Source of the DNA: Methanomassiliicoccaceae archaeon
GTDB lineage: Archaea > Thermoplasmatota > Thermoplasmata > Methanomassiliicoccales > Methanomassiliicoccaceae
Assembly (NCBI GenBank): GCA_963728405.1
Contig: CAVSJV010000005.1
Location: forward strand, 32,001 to 96,000
DNA length: 64,000 nucleotides
Direction of reading: 5' to 3'
In this document: positions 10,774 through 22,685 of the stretch, in pieces
Layout: every line of letters begins with the position of its first letter
Numbering within the stretch: position 1 is the first letter of the stretch
The notes under the pieces: generated by a model
What the model was told of the DNA's origin: nothing
Database searches by the model: none
What the model saw: only the letters and a program-made list of their open reading frames with translations
Position numbers and translations under genes: made by a program

Positions 10774-11337
10774 ATGTTGAAGGTAGCGCTGTTCACCGAG
10801 GACATGTACGAAGACGTCGAGTTTTGGTATCCCTACTATCGGCTCAAGGAGGCAGGGTACCGGCCGGTGGTCATCGGTTCCGGTAAAAAAGATTCATTCA
10901 TTGGAAAGAACGGCATTCTTAACAAGGCTGATATCTCTATAAATGACGCCAAGGCGGAGGATTATGAAGGGGTCATCGTTCCGGGGGGCTATGCTCCAGA
11001 CCGCATGCGCCTCCACCCCGAGTTCGCCCAGTTCGTCAAGCTGATGTTCGATCGGGGGAAGTTGGTCGCTTCGCTATGCCACGGGCCCTGGGTCTTGGCC
11101 TCTGCAGGGATAGTCAATGGAAGGAAGCTCACCTGCTGGCCGTCGTTGAAGGATGACATGATGAACGCGGGGGCCCGGTACATGGATGATGAGGTGATCG
11201 TGGATGGCAACATAATCACCTCCCGTTGTCCAGACGACCTGCCCGCGTTCATGGCCGCGGTCGTCAGGTTCCTAGGCTCTGAGCAGGGCGGTCAGAGGAA
11301 GGGAACAATGACGGTCGCCTCGGCCGGCGGGCGTTGA
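10774..11337 (+). CDS. pfpI: PfpI/DJ-1 family protein
   Basis: YEDVE, PGGYAPDRMR, SLCHGPWVL, ITSRCPDDLPAF. Confidence 0.92.
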   Translation: MLKVALFTEDMYEDVEFWYPYYRLKEAGYRPVVIGSGKKDSFIGKNGILNKADISINDAKAEDYEGVIVPGGYAPDRMRLHPEFAQFVKLMFDRGKLVASLCHGPWVLASAGIVNGRKLTCWPSLKDDMMNAGARYMDDEVIVDGNIITSRCPDDLPAFMAAVVRFLGSEQGGQRKGTMTVASAGGR

Positions 11338-11416
11338 AGGGTGACATATTTTATTAGCCCAGGGAACATTAGCCGCTTGTTAGCACGCCTCATTAACGGC
11401 GTATCATGGTGATAAG

Positions 11417-12226
11417 ATGAGCAAGAAGTTCGGGTTCATTGGTGCCGGCAACATGGCCGAGGCGATGATGAAAGGCATGATCTCTTCGGGCGTGTGCGCG
11501 GCCGAAGAGCTGATCGCCAGCGAGGTCGTCCCTGAGCGGAGGGAGTACATGGCCCGGACTTTGGGGATCATGGTCACGGCTGATAACGTCGAGGTGGTCA
11601 AGGAGGCCAAGATCCTTATACTGGCCGTCAAGCCGAACATCGTGGCCCCGGTCTTGGATGAGCTTAAGCCCATCCTTACCGCCGACCATCTGGTAATCTC
11701 CATCGCTGCCGGGGTCAAGATATCCTACATCGAGGCACATTTGAACTGGGGCGTCCGGGTGGTCCGGGTCATGCCCAATCAACCCTGTCTGGTGGGCGCG
11801 TCCGCTTCCGGCTTCGCCCTCGGCAAGTCGGCCAAGAGGGAGGACAAGGATCTGGTCCAGAAGATCTTGAACTCCGTGGGAGTGGCCTTCGTCATGGACG
11901 AGAAACTGCTCGACGCGGTCACCGGCCTTAGTGGTAGCGGGCCTGCTTACATCTACTTGGTGATCGAGGCGATGGCCGACGGCGGCGTACTGGCCGGTCT
12001 CTCTAGGGATGTGGCCCAGACCCTGGCCGCCCAGACCGTACTGGGAGCGGCGAAGACCGTCCTGGAGACCAAGGGGCATCCAGGCCAGTTCAAGGACATG
12101 GTGGCCTCCCCGGCTGGAACGACCATCGAGGGCCTGAAGGTCCTGGAGGAGTCCGCGGTCCGCGGGGCGTTCATTCGGGCGGTTGAGGCCGCCGCCAAGC
12201 GCTCGGTCGAGCTCGGTAAGAGCTAA
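11417..12226 (+). CDS. proC: Pyrroline-5-carboxylate reductase
   Basis: [29 protein letters not shown]. Confidence 0.96.
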   Translation: MSKKFGFIGAGNMAEAMMKGMISSGVCAAEELIASEVVPERREYMARTLGIMVTADNVEVVKEAKILILAVKPNIVAPVLDELKPILTADHLVISIAAGVKISYIEAHLNWGVRVVRVMPNQPCLVGASASGFALGKSAKREDKDLVQKILNSVGVAFVMDEKLLDAVTGLSGSGPAYIYLVIEAMADGGVLAGLSRDVAQTLAAQTVLGAAKTVLETKGHPGQFKDMVASPAGTTIEGLKVLEESAVRGAFIRAVEAAAKRSVELGKS

Positions 12227-13950
12227 CCGGACCGAGGCTTGCGCCGGAACATCAGGGCGAAGACCGTCCGGGGGAGGCTGCGGAATACGCTTGGCGTATC
12301 CCACTCCAACTCCCTCTTCTGACAGATAGTAGACTCCATAAGCTCGTCGCCTCTCTCCTTTAATCGGGCCATGAACACGGCCCGTTCGGATGGGTCCTTT
12401 ATAGCCATGGCCAGGTCCACTTCCTTCATCAGGAGGCGGGCGTCGTGGGAACGCTCATCCCGCGACTTCAGTTCCTCGGCGCTCATCAGTCCGACCTCGA
12501 CCCGGACCTGATTGAGGCGATCGGCCGCGTCGTAGGAAGTCTCCACGATCTGCTCCCTGGTCATGTACTTGGTCTCATAGGAGAGGACGTCTCTCCAGTT
12601 GGGGTTGGCCAGGAGGGAGCGGTGCTCTTCCAGCGTCCGGGCGAAGAGCCGATAGCCGTACTTATCGGGGTTCTCGAAGGCAATGCTGCCCGGATCAAGG
12701 AACGGTGCCAACGGCGAGGTGTACACGAACAGGCGCCGGTCGTTCCCGTTCTCGGCGTACAGCCGCCTGGTGTAATCGGCCGATCCCACCGCCGATGCCG
12801 GCGTCTGCTCCGGGAGGCCGATCATGAAGAACATGTCGAAGCGCTGACAGCCATTGGTCAGGGCGTCCTTTATGCTCCTCTCCATCGAGGCGTTGTCGAA
12901 CCGCCTGCCCAGAGCGTAACGGACCCTCTCCTCATGAGAATCGGGAGAGAACTGTATGGAGTACCGGTCGAACGTCCTCTGGGCATCCTGGAAGTAGGAT
13001 GCCGGGGCCGGGGTGAACAGCTCGAGGATGATATGGTTGTCAATGCCCAATCTCTTGGCCTCGGTGAAGAACCGCTGGGCGTACTTGTCCCCGTTCTGGC
13101 GGAGGTCGCCGACCACGAACACCGGGGCCTTAAGATAGTTCTGGACGTTGTAAATGTCCTCGGCCACCTTTTCCGGGCTGCGGAATGCCGGTCTCGTCCT
13201 GCCGAGCACTTTTCTCATCGCCCCGCAGCTTCCTCCGCACACCGCGCAGGATTGGGAGCAACCGCGAACGGTGAACGCCGCGGTGAGAGGGTAGCGGTCC
13301 CAGTCCTTGAACGGCTTCGCCCCTTCTAGGTCGCGGTGCCTGATGACCGAGCGTATGATCCACCCGTAATCTATATCCAGATAGTCTAGGTCCCCGGGGA
13401 CGTGGGTCAGGTCGTTGACGACGGCCTTGCCCCCCATCTTCCAGGTGAGGTTGGGAACGGACGAGAGGTCAGGCCCCCTCTCAAGGGCGGCCATCAATAA
13501 GGCCAACGGCTCCTCGGTGGAGTCCCCACGCAGCACCAGGTCCACCTGAGGATAGTTGATCAGCTCCTGATGATAGTAAGAAGAGGAGAATCCCCCGAAC
13601 AGGACCTTGGAATCTGGATGCAGGCGCTTCACGATCTCCGCGACGGCCAGGGAGCCATGGGCGTGGGGAAGCCAGTGCAGGTCGATGCCGAACACGGCCG
13701 ACCGAAGTTTGCCGATGAGCTTCTCTACGTCCAGGTCCGGATCGTTCAGCATCATGCTGGCCAGGTTGATGATGCGGACCCGGTACCCCTGTTTGTGGAG
13801 GTGGCTGGCCATGGTGGTGAAGCCGAACGGGTACATCTCGAAGACCGGGGTCGAGGGTACAAGGTCACTGACCGGTCCATAGAAGATAGACTCCTTTCTG
13901 AAATCGTAAACGCTGGGAGCATGTAAGAGGATGAGGTCTTCCTTGTGCAC
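12223..13950 (-). CDS. B12-binding radical SAM protein (Ta0216/TIGR04190-like)
   Basis: [11 protein letters not shown]...FEMYP N-terminus, B12-binding region ([11 protein letters not shown]), CxxxCxxC (CSQSCAVC). Confidence 0.85.
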   Translation of the reverse strand: MHKEDLILLHAPSVYDFRKESIFYGPVSDLVPSTPVFEMYPFGFTTMASHLHKQGYRVRIINLASMMLNDPDLDVEKLIGKLRSAVFGIDLHWLPHAHGSLAVAEIVKRLHPDSKVLFGGFSSSYYHQELINYPQVDLVLRGDSTEEPLALLMAALERGPDLSSVPNLTWKMGGKAVVNDLTHVPGDLDYLDIDYGWIIRSVIRHRDLEGAKPFKDWDRYPLTAAFTVRGCSQSCAVCGGSCGAMRKVLGRTRPAFRSPEKVAEDIYNVQNYLKAPVFVVGDLRQNGDKYAQRFFTEAKRLGIDNHIILELFTPAPASYFQDAQRTFDRYSIQFSPDSHEERVRYALGRRFDNASMERSIKDALTNGCQRFDMFFMIGLPEQTPASAVGSADYTRRLYAENGNDRRLFVYTSPLAPFLDPGSIAFENPDKYGYRLFARTLEEHRSLLANPNWRDVLSYETKYMTREQIVETSYDAADRLNQVRVEVGLMSAEELKSRDERSHDARLLMKEVDLAMAIKDPSERAVFMARLKERGDELMESTICQKRELEWDTPSVFRSLPRTVFALMFRRKPRSG

Positions 13951-14003
13951 GGCGCGGCCTCCGGGGGCTGTATCGGCAAAGGGAGGTCTCTACAAATATG
14001 TTG

Positions 14004-14822
14004 TCATTTGCCGAACCGCCTCTGGCGTAGCTGGTAGGAACGGATCGCCCGTAGAAAATCGATCTTCCTGAAGCCCGGCCAGTAAACGTCGGTGAAATAT
14101 AGCTCCGAATAGGCCAGTTGCCACAAAAGGAAGTTGGATATACGCTCCTCACCGGACAGTCCTCAGGATGAGGTCGGGGTCCGGGAAGTCCGCGGTGTAC
14201 AGGAAGTTGGAAAAGGTCTTCTCGGTGATATCATCGACCTCCAGCTCTCCTTCTTTGACCTTCTGGGCGATCTGCTGGATGGCCTGTATGATCTCCTGAC
14301 GGGAGCCGTAGGCGGTGGCGATATTGTAATAATGATTCGAATAACCGGCCGTCCTGGTCTCGGCGTACTCTATCGCTTTCTTGACACGCAGGGGAAGCAG
14401 GTCCTTCTGCCCCAGGACCGTCACCTTGATATTGTGCTTGTGGATGCGCTCGTCGTCTCCCAGGCGATAGAAGTTTTCCTCGAACAGCTTCATCAGGCTC
14501 TCAACTTCCTCGAGCTCGCGGTGCAGGTTCTCGGTCGAGAACGCGTAGACGGTGAGGACCTTGATCCCCAGTTCCATGCACCAGTCCAGAAGCTCCTCGA
14601 GCTTATCCTTGCCCTTGATGTGCCCTTCAGTGGTGGTCAGGCCGAACTCCTTGGCAAAGCGGCGATTACCATCCATGATGACCGCCACATGGTGGGGATC
14701 TTGCAATCCCGGACCTCCTTCATCAGGCGCTTCTCGTAGGTATTATAGGCAGCGCTGGCGATGACCCTGGAGATCTCGTTTTTGATGGCCTTGCCCTCCT
14801 GCTGACCATTATGGTCTGACAT
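14004..14822 (-). CDS. uppS: cis-prenyltransferase (UppS family), two frameshifts
   Basis: [26 protein letters not shown], and in another frame [18 protein letters not shown]. Confidence 0.92.
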
Positions 14823-14839
14823 ATCCTGTTCCGCACTAT

Positions 14840-15790
14840 TTAGTCTGTGTCCTCGGGCAGGGCGGCGGCCTTCCAGCCCATGTCGAAGCACCCGATTCCA
14901 GCCACTGCGCCGATGATGCCACGCTTTCCGGTGACCTCTATTATCTTGACATTGTTCTTATCGGCCACCTGTCGAGCGTCCTCGACCCTGAGGATCTCCC
15001 GTTTGGCCCGGTGGCCGTACTCCACAACCTCGGTCGGGACCTTCAATCCCTGGAATATGGCCAGGGTGGTATTATCAGAGAAGGTGTTCTCCTTAATGAA
15101 CTTGATAACGTACTCGGTCAGCGCGGATATGTCCTTCTCCGCAACGGCGAACGATACGCCCACCGACACACAGTTGGTGGTCTTCTCCGGCACGTTGGGA
15201 TTCAATTGAACGATCTTGTGCTCCAGGTAGTGGCCGATGGGAGACTCTCGGGCCATCCGGAGCATCAGCACCCACGAGGCACCCTTTTCCTTGGTGTCTG
15301 TGTCGTCGGCCGCATAGATCACCCGGACCAGCTTGGGTGTCACTATGCTTACTTCTACTCGATGGGCTCCCCCGATCTTCACATCGTCCGGATAGATCGC
15401 CTCGATGGTCCCAGGCCCTTGGGGCAAGCAGGCCCCTATGCCAACGCTGGCCCCGGCCAGCCCGACCCAGGTCGTGATGACCGTGTCCCCGTCGACCCGG
15501 AGGGCCTTTAGTCCCTGTCCGCCCACGTCCTTGGATGCCGGGCCGAAGCGAACCTCCCTCTCCCCGATGATGGTATCCATGATCAGAGTGGTGCCTTCGA
15601 TCCTGATATCGGTAATGGCTCCGCCGGCCCGCCTGCGATTGGCCGCGTCCCATTCCACCGGACCCTTGGCGATGCATTCCTCGATTATGGTGGCCACGCC
15701 ATTCTTCTCGTCCACCATCGTGTAGACGCCTTTGCAGAACAGCTTGCCATATTTCTTGGTGACCTCATCGGGGGACAGGATTACGGACAT
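14840..15790 (-). CDS. Methanogenesis marker protein 11 (TiaS-related)
   Basis: EWDAANRRRAGG, GLAGASVG, DDTDTKEKGASW, VQLNP..PEKTTNC. Confidence 0.85.
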   Translation of the reverse strand: MSVILSPDEVTKKYGKLFCKGVYTMVDEKNGVATIIEECIAKGPVEWDAANRRRAGGAITDIRIEGTTLIMDTIIGEREVRFGPASKDVGGQGLKALRVDGDTVITTWVGLAGASVGIGACLPQGPGTIEAIYPDDVKIGGAHRVEVSIVTPKLVRVIYAADDTDTKEKGASWVLMLRMARESPIGHYLEHKIVQLNPNVPEKTTNCVSVGVSFAVAEKDISALTEYVIKFIKENTFSDNTTLAIFQGLKVPTEVVEYGHRAKREILRVEDARQVADKNNVKIIEVTGKRGIIGAVAGIGCFDMGWKAAALPEDTD

Positions 15791-15881
15791 AGGACCATGT
15801 TCCAGAAGGCTGAACGGCCGTTAATGCGGGTGCCAATAAATATGACTTTCTGCCCGTTCGCATGGCAAAATAATGCTCCCA

Positions 15882-17084
15882 TCAGGCATCCCTGTGAAGA
15901 TAGCTGAACGGTATGTCCACCTCCCTCCTGCTGCCCAAAGCGTATCGGAAGCTCCAGACACGGCCAGTGGGTCGTCCTCCCACGATCCGGGGAGTGGAGA
16001 CGACCTCCAGGACCCGACCGTCCTTGAACTCCAACACATCAAAGCTCCTCTCTAGAGGGTTCTCTTTGATCTCTCTGATGGCCAGGGTGATGGCATGCCA
16101 GTTGCTGGCATGGGTGGAGATGAACGACACCACCGGTTCCTTGGTCTGGACCGAGATCAAGGAGGGAGGTATGCCTAACATCCGGACAAAATTATCATTG
16201 AACAGCTCGATGTGGCCGTTATCATCGATGACCACCACGCCCTCCTCGATCGATTCCAAGGCCGTCCGGATTAGGGCATACGAGCGCTCCAGATCATTCT
16301 CCGCCCTTACTCGGGAGGTGATGTCGTTGCCGATGCACAGCAGCTCGTCCACGTTGCCCCGCGAATCAACGATGGCCCGTACGGTCCAGGAGATCCATGC
16401 TTCCTCCCCGCCAATCTTCACGCCCCTATGAATGGCCGAGAAGCATTGGGCCGGGTCCGCCTTGACCTTGATGATGAAACGGGCCAGGCTGTCTTCGTCA
16501 CTGTCATCTTCGAAGAACCTTTTCGCCACGCTCGCCCCCATCACCTCATTCTGGGTAAGTCCGAAGAACGACAGCCCGTAGCCGTTGATGAATCGAACCA
16601 TTCCCTCTACGTCCATCTTCATGACGATGCTGCTGGCCGACTCCACCAGCTGACGGTACTTGTTCTCGCTCTCCCGCAGCGCCCTTTGGGCCCTCACCTT
16701 CTCGCCCAGTTGGAAAAGCACATTACGGAGCTCACCGAACTGTACTCTTGGATCGCCACCCTTTTGGAGATAGAAGTCGGCGCCATTGTTCAGCGCCTGG
16801 ATGGCCACATCCTCGCGACCTTTTCCGGTGAAAAGGATGAACGGAACCTGGTCGCCTCCGAGCCTTATCTTCCTGAGGAGCTCGATGCCATTCATCATTG
16901 GCATCTGGTAGTCAGAGATGATGATATCAAAGTGGCTGGTAGAAATGCGTTCCAGGGCTCGAGCGGTATCCGGTTCGGTCTCGACTGAAATCGAGCCATC
17001 CATCTCCAGGAACACCTTGGTAACTTCCAGTAGGCCGATCTCATCATCGATGTATAGAACCCTCAGGGGGGAAGGCGATTCCAT
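15882..17084 (-). CDS. Response regulator receiver + two PAS domains
   Basis: VLYIDDE, ISDYQMP, FTGKG, YLQKG followed by two PAS repeats; no output domain. Confidence 0.88.
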   Translation of the reverse strand: MESPSPLRVLYIDDEIGLLEVTKVFLEMDGSISVETEPDTARALERISTSHFDIIISDYQMPMMNGIELLRKIRLGGDQVPFILFTGKGREDVAIQALNNGADFYLQKGGDPRVQFGELRNVLFQLGEKVRAQRALRESENKYRQLVESASSIVMKMDVEGMVRFINGYGLSFFGLTQNEVMGASVAKRFFEDDSDEDSLARFIIKVKADPAQCFSAIHRGVKIGGEEAWISWTVRAIVDSRGNVDELLCIGNDITSRVRAENDLERSYALIRTALESIEEGVVVIDDNGHIELFNDNFVRMLGIPPSLISVQTKEPVVSFISTHASNWHAITLAIREIKENPLERSFDVLEFKDGRVLEVVSTPRIVGGRPTGRVWSFRYALGSRREVDIPFSYLHRDA

Positions 17085-17171
17085 GAACGACCACCGCTGC
17101 TGGATAAAAGGATTGGCGGGGGGAGATGCTGACGAGTAATAAATATTGAGGCAAGGCTTTCGAAAACGACG

Positions 17172-18032
17172 TCACTCTAGCACCCTGACGCTCCTGGCCG
17201 GGAGGTCGCTCAGATCCAGCAGACGGGTCTCAAGCCTCTTCTCCGGCCGGAACATCATGAACCGCCCCTTGACTCCCAGTACCTCCCCGCGATGCAATCC
17301 GCCAGTCCTGACGACCTCTGGAGCAGTGCGTGGGAACTCGCGCATGGGGTAGGAATCAAGGAACATCAGCTCCGCGTCGAGGGTCTCCCGCCATCGGGCG
17401 ATGCGGCCCAGGTAATGATCATGGACGTTCCCCATTGACTCCCTGGAAGGCCGCGAGGTCCAGGTCTGGGCGATCTTCTTGATCCTGATCTCCTGAGGTA
17501 TCTTGAACCGCTTGGAGGTCTCCTTCTCCAGGGTCCGGGCCTCCCGCCGGTCCCGGCACTCGAACAGCGGCCGGACCGCATCGGCGCCCTGTTCGATGGC
17601 CCTCTCCCTCAAGCGAATAGCGCTGGTCATTCCTACCTTGATCAGGTTCCCGAAGGATGCCAGATACACATAGTGCTTCCGACCGCAGAACTCTGGATGG
17701 TCGCAGCGGTCCCCGTTGCACTGGGGCTCGAACACGCACTTTTGCACCGGGACCCACGGGGACATGCACTCCTTGCACATGGAAAAATCCTTGACCCGGC
17801 GCCCCTGGGGGCAGGGGTGATAGCCGCCTTCGTCGAACCGCCCCACGCAGTCCTTCTCTTCCCCGATGGCCAGGGCCAACCGGTCCAGCGGTAGCTCACC
17901 TAATCTGCTGGTGGGCTTGTCATAGAAAACCAGGTGGGGGGTGAAATCATCCCAGTGAAAGGAAAGGACCTGGCGGTCCAGTCCCACGCCGTCGGGGTGG
18001 TGTAGATGGTCGGCCCGCTCGAGCATGCCCAT
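17172..18032 (-). CDS. DUF2797-like Cys-rich protein
   Basis: C...HYVYLASFG..KVGMT...EQGA, G.VLGVKG motifs. Confidence 0.75.
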   Translation of the reverse strand: MGMLERADHLHHPDGVGLDRQVLSFHWDDFTPHLVFYDKPTSRLGELPLDRLALAIGEEKDCVGRFDEGGYHPCPQGRRVKDFSMCKECMSPWVPVQKCVFEPQCNGDRCDHPEFCGRKHYVYLASFGNLIKVGMTSAIRLRERAIEQGADAVRPLFECRDRREARTLEKETSKRFKIPQEIRIKKIAQTWTSRPSRESMGNVHDHYLGRIARWRETLDAELMFLDSYPMREFPRTAPEVVRTGGLHRGEVLGVKGRFMMFRPEKRLETRLLDLSDLPARSVRVLE

Positions 18033-18083
18033 ATGACCGTATCGGCCGTTATCAGCTTATGGGTGGGGTGGCCTTCAGCCCGA

Positions 18084-18749
18084 TCAGTCCGAGGATTCTT
18101 CATCCTCGACCTCTTGCTGCTCGGCCCGCTTGAGAAACTCGGGAGGTACTTCCTTGGCCAGGTAGACCGTCCGAGCTGCCTTCATGACCACGAAGCCTGC
18201 CTGCTCCAGCGCCCTGATGTCGATCTCCAGGATAACCGGCGCCTCGGTCCGGACCTTGCCGGCGTTGAAGGCGTTGGAATAGGTCTTGGAGAGATGGACC
18301 AACTTGCGGTCGGAGGGCTTCAAGCCGGTCTCCAGGATGATGTCCGTCTCCTCTGGGGTGGTTGGATAATAAAGGAAATCGGGGACATTGTCGGTCGGCA
18401 ACCTGAGGTCCAGCTCCAGGGAGTGACCGTAGGTGGCGCGTATGAGATCGTTGCTGACCTGATATCGCCCTTTGGGATCGGTCTCCATCAGCGCGATGAT
18501 GTGATGCGGCCTCAGCCAGTGATACCGCGGATTATATTTCTTGATGGCGAATATGAAGTCCCTCATGGGCACGAAGCCCTGTTCGTCCATCTTAAGACCG
18601 AACTTCTCAGGGAAATGACGGAGGGCTCCGGCCATGGTCCTTCCGATGCGTTCCAGCTCCTCATCGCTCATAAGGAACTTGCCCGCTTCTCCGCATACCG
18701 GGCATTTCTCACCCCGGAAGTATCCGTGTTCAGTGCACTCTCTCAGCAT
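18084..18749 (-). CDS. kptA: RNA 2'-phosphotransferase
   Basis: Archaeal N-terminal CxxHG..CPVC, LRHFP, KGRY, IRATYGHS, VHLS. Confidence 0.93.
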   Translation of the reverse strand: MLRECTEHGYFRGEKCPVCGEAGKFLMSDEELERIGRTMAGALRHFPEKFGLKMDEQGFVPMRDFIFAIKKYNPRYHWLRPHHIIALMETDPKGRYQVSNDLIRATYGHSLELDLRLPTDNVPDFLYYPTTPEETDIILETGLKPSDRKLVHLSKTYSNAFNAGKVRTEAPVILEIDIRALEQAGFVVMKAARTVYLAKEVPPEFLKRAEQQEVEDEESSD

Positions 18750-18828
18750 CTAGATAGGGTATGAATGCAAATTCTTAATAGTTTTCCATTGAGCGGTCAT
18801 CGGAATGCGGCATCGCAGCATGGCAGGA

Positions 18829-19719
18829 TCAGTATGCTAGGCCGTTGGCCTGGCAGGCCGAAATGACCGTGTTCTTCATGAGCATCACGATGGTCATGGG
18901 ACCGACTCCACCAGGGACGGGGGTGATGGCCGAGGCTTTTTCCTTGACCGCCTCGAAGTCCACGTCCCCTACCCAGCGGTAGCCCTTCTTGGCGGCAGGA
19001 TCGTCCACCCGGTTGGTTCCCACGTCGATCACTACTGCTCCGGGCTTGATCATGTCCGCGGTGATGAACTTCGGAGAACCTATGGCCGCGACCACAATAT
19101 CGGCCATCCGAGTGATGGCCGCCAGGTCCTTGGTCCGCGAATGGCAGACCGTGACCGTGGCGTTGGCGCCCTTCTTCTTCTGCATGAGGATGGCCGCCAC
19201 CGGCTTGCCGACGATGTTGCTGCGGCCGACGATGACGACGTGCTTTCCGTCCGGGTCGTTACCCGAGCGGACCAGCATCTCCTGTATGCCATGGGGGGTC
19301 GCTGGAAGGAACATGGGGTCGCCGATGAGCATCCGCCCCACGTTCATGGGGTGGAAGCCGTCAGCGTCCTTGGCCGGGTCGATGCGCACCAGCACCTTGT
19401 TCTCGTCGATGTGCTTGGGGAGCGGCAGCTGAACAAGGAAGCCGTGGATGCGGGGATCGGCGTTCAGCTCATCGACCACCGATAACAACCTCTCCTCCGT
19501 GGTGTCGATCGGCAACAGGATGGTCCTCGAGTAAAGGCCCAGCTCCTCGCAGGCCTTGCCTTTGTTGCGCACGTACTGCTGGGATGCTGGATCCTCGCCC
19601 ACCAGCACCACTGCCAGACCGGGAGTGATGCCCTTGCTCTTAAGCTCGGCGATCTTGACCCTGAGCTCTTGTCTTATCTGTTCGGCGACCTCGGGACCGC
19701 TGATGACCTTGGCGACCAT
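18829..19719 (-). CDS. folD: Methylene-THF dehydrogenase/cyclohydrolase
   Basis: YVRNK, VQLPLP, KDADGFHP, GRSNIVGKP, TPVPGGVGPMT. Confidence 0.97.
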   Translation of the reverse strand: MVAKVISGPEVAEQIRQELRVKIAELKSKGITPGLAVVLVGEDPASQQYVRNKGKACEELGLYSRTILLPIDTTEERLLSVVDELNADPRIHGFLVQLPLPKHIDENKVLVRIDPAKDADGFHPMNVGRMLIGDPMFLPATPHGIQEMLVRSGNDPDGKHVVIVGRSNIVGKPVAAILMQKKKGANATVTVCHSRTKDLAAITRMADIVVAAIGSPKFITADMIKPGAVVIDVGTNRVDDPAAKKGYRWVGDVDFEAVKEKASAITPVPGGVGPMTIVMLMKNTVISACQANGLAY

Positions 19720-19879
19720 GTTCAGAACCGTCCGGGAGTAGTGGTGAAAAGGGATTTAACATTGCCCTCGGCATCTTTTTATCACTCGTTACATGGATTC
19801 TGTTCTCGGGGAATTTGGAATGGCCAATTATCGTCATTGCGGATAGGTCATCGAGGCGAACGCGAACTTCTGCCCATTC

Positions 19880-20287
19880 CCCCTTCGGCCATCATGTATG
19901 TCATGGTCGTGGGATTCGATTCGGGGCAGACCTCTTCCGCCGGCCTGAGCGCCGAGGAGACCCCCGGAGATGTGCGGACCATAACGGTGTAGGGGGTGAG
20001 CAACGAGGCAGGGCTTACCAATGTCTGGATCGAGCTTCAATCGCCCGGGAAGGGAGTGGCATGAAAGCGGGGTCGGCCTATCGTCGACGACCGATAGCTC
20101 CCAGGCAGGCTCCGCTCACTGCTGGATCACCTACCACGACCGGGACGGTGTGGGATGCTCATTACGGACGATTGGATGGCCGTGGCCTCAGTGAGCGGAC
20201 CTCTGGGCGATGGCCCTTGCCCCATAGGATCTGAGGCATCTGCCGACCGGAGGGACCATCGCCCGCATCGATGCGAACCTACTCTAG
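19880..20287 (+). pseudogene. Degraded archaeal type IV pilin-like gene
   Basis: Fragments AIMYVMVVGF (pilin N-terminal helix end), WITYHDRDG, LRHLPTGGTIARIDANLL* in shifting frames with internal stops; signal peptide missing. Confidence 0.5.
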
Positions 20288-20335
20288 GTCCACGAACTGT
20301 TTTTTAGTGGATTTGCCTTTCCAAGAGGGAGTAGA

Positions 20336-22020
20336 ATGAAGGCTGACATCGAGATCGCTCAGGACGCCGTGATGCAACCCATCGAGATCGTGGCTGAGAA
20401 GATAGGGTTATCCAGGGACGACCTCGAACCGCACGGCCGCTACATGGCCAAGGTCCCTCTAGAGGTGCTGCGCCGCTTCGACCGCCGACCGGACGGCAAG
20501 CTCGTGCTGGTCACAGCGATCACCGCTACCAAGGCCGGGGAAGGGAAAACGGTCACTTCCATCGGACTGATGCAAGCCTTGGGAAAACTGGGCGTCAAGG
20601 TCATGGGCGCGTTGCGGGAGCCTTCCATGGGCCCAGTGTTCGGGCTGAAAGGCGGCGCCACCGGCGGAGGCCTCTCCCAGGTCTACCCGATGTGGGACAT
20701 CGACCTCCACTTCACCGGTGATATCCACGCGGTAGGCTCGGCCCATAATCTGCTCTCAGCGATGGTGGAGAACCATCTCACCAAGGGGAACGATCTGAAC
20801 ATCGATCCCACTCGAGTGGTGTGGAAGAAAGCAATGGACATGAACTGCCGCGAGCTCCGGGAGATCGTCGTCGGCCTAGGGGGAAGGAGTGTGGGTGGAG
20901 TGCCGCACGAGAGCGGCTTCGTCATCACCGCGGCCTCCGAGATCAGTGCCATCCTGGCGCTGGCCACGTCGATCGAGGACCTCCGCCACCGACTGGAACG
21001 GATGGTAGTGGCCTACGATATGCAAGGGAATCCCGTGCGGGCCGGCCAGATCCGATGCGTTGGGGCCATGGTGATGCTGCTGAAGGACGCCGTCAAGCCC
21101 AACCTGGTCCAGACCCTAGAGGGCCAACCGGTCTTCGTTCACGGCTTCCCGTTCGCCAACATCGCCCACGGCAACAACAGCCTGCTCGCTACCAAGTATG
21201 CGCTGAAGATGGCCGACGTGGTGGTGACCGAGGGCGGGTTCGCCGCTGACCTGGGGGCCGAAAAGTTCTTTGACATCGTCTGCCGCCAGGCTGGGTTCAA
21301 GCCCAGCTGTGCGGTGATCGTGGCGTCCATCCGGGCGCTCAAGATGCACGGCGGGGCCTGTCTCCAGGACGCCCTGGACTGCGAGCGGCCTAACATCGAA
21401 GCGCTCCAAAAGGGGTTCTCCAATCTGGACAAGCACATCGAGAACTGTCCGCAAGTACGGCGTCCCGGTGGTGGTGGCGCTCAATCGCTTCCCGACCGAC
21501 ACTCCGCAGGAGATCGAGGCGGTCAGGAGGCACTGTGCGCAGCTGCAGGTCCCCAGCGCCCTTTCCGACGTGTTCGCCCAGGGTGGTGAGGGAGGACGGC
21601 AACTGGCCGAACAGGTACAGCATGTTCTTAACACCGAGGTGAGCCACTTCAAGCCTCTCTACGATACGGACCTGCCGATCAAAGAGAAGATCCGGATCAT
21701 CGCCACCGAGATCTACGGGGCCAAGGACAGTTCGATATATTGGCACGGCTGACCGGGACATCAGGGCGATCGAACTGGCCGGGAACAACAAGCTCCCCAT
21801 CTGCATGGCCAAGACCCAGCTGTCCATCACTGACGATCCGAAGCTCAAGGGCGCCCCCAAGGGCTGGACCCTCAATGTTAAGGAGGTACTATTGTCGGCC
21901 GGCGCGGGTTTCGTCGTCCCCTTGTGCGGCGAGATCATGCTCATTCCTGGCCTGCCGTCGGAGCCCGCCGCAGAACGGATCGACTATTCCGACGACGGGC
22001 GGTTCATCGGGCTGAGCTGA
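20336..22020 (+). CDS. fhs: Formate-tetrahydrofolate ligase (frameshifts near 21450 and 21740)
   Basis: [48 protein letters not shown]. Confidence 0.95.
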
Positions 22021-22045
22021 TCAAATCGTGTTCACGGACTGAACG

Positions 22046-22685
22046 TCACGGACCATCTTGGTCTGGGCTTTGATGAGCTGACTCACCACGAACTGTGCCG
22101 ACCGCGGCCAGGTCCTCGGTATTGAGGAATCGGGGGGCTGAATCGTCGAACAGGACGTTCGCATTCCCTCGGACCTTGTCATCGCCCCTCCAAACGATCA
22201 CCGTCACTGGCAGCTTGGGAAGGACCTGGATCAGGACCGAAGCATCCCCGAACTCCTGCTTCTTGGCCCCCAGCAGCTCGGCCGTGCTCACCAGCTGAAG
22301 CGGGTATTGATGGAAGTTAGAGCCGATGTACTCGATGACCCGGGTCTTGAAAGCAGGGTAATGCACATTGCCACCGGACAATTGCCGGTAGGAGATGGTC
22401 CTGCCGGTCGGCTGAGATTCATTGGCGTTGTTCAAGTAATGAAGTATAATGATCGCGCCAAGCTTCTTGACGGGCCTGCCATCCATGGTCACGCTCTTAC
22501 ATACCGGGTCGACGACGCATTCCCGGCCAAAACGTACGCAACCGGACCAGGTTGCCATCGATGATCGCGCCAGCGTACTTGGCCTGCGCGGCCAAGTTCT
22601 TGCCGGCCAGTGCGTCCCAGGCCGCCTCCAGGGCGCCCTCATAAGTGTCCTCCTTGATGCCTGGGCACCACTCTTCCTTACTCAC
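22046..22685 (-). CDS. DUF3786-like protein (frameshifted)
   Basis: ILHYL, ISYRQLSGG..Y..F, LPKLPV..IVWRGDD....ANVLFD; N-terminus in ORF 22497-22685. Confidence 0.75.

Noticed and set aside
19900-20300. Possible riboswitch (THF/ZTP/glycine), SRP RNA or RNase P RNA upstream of fhs
   Set aside because: Only short partial resemblances (e.g. cccgggaagggag); consensus cores are absent and pilin-like coding remnants explain the region. An Infernal/Rfam scan would settle it
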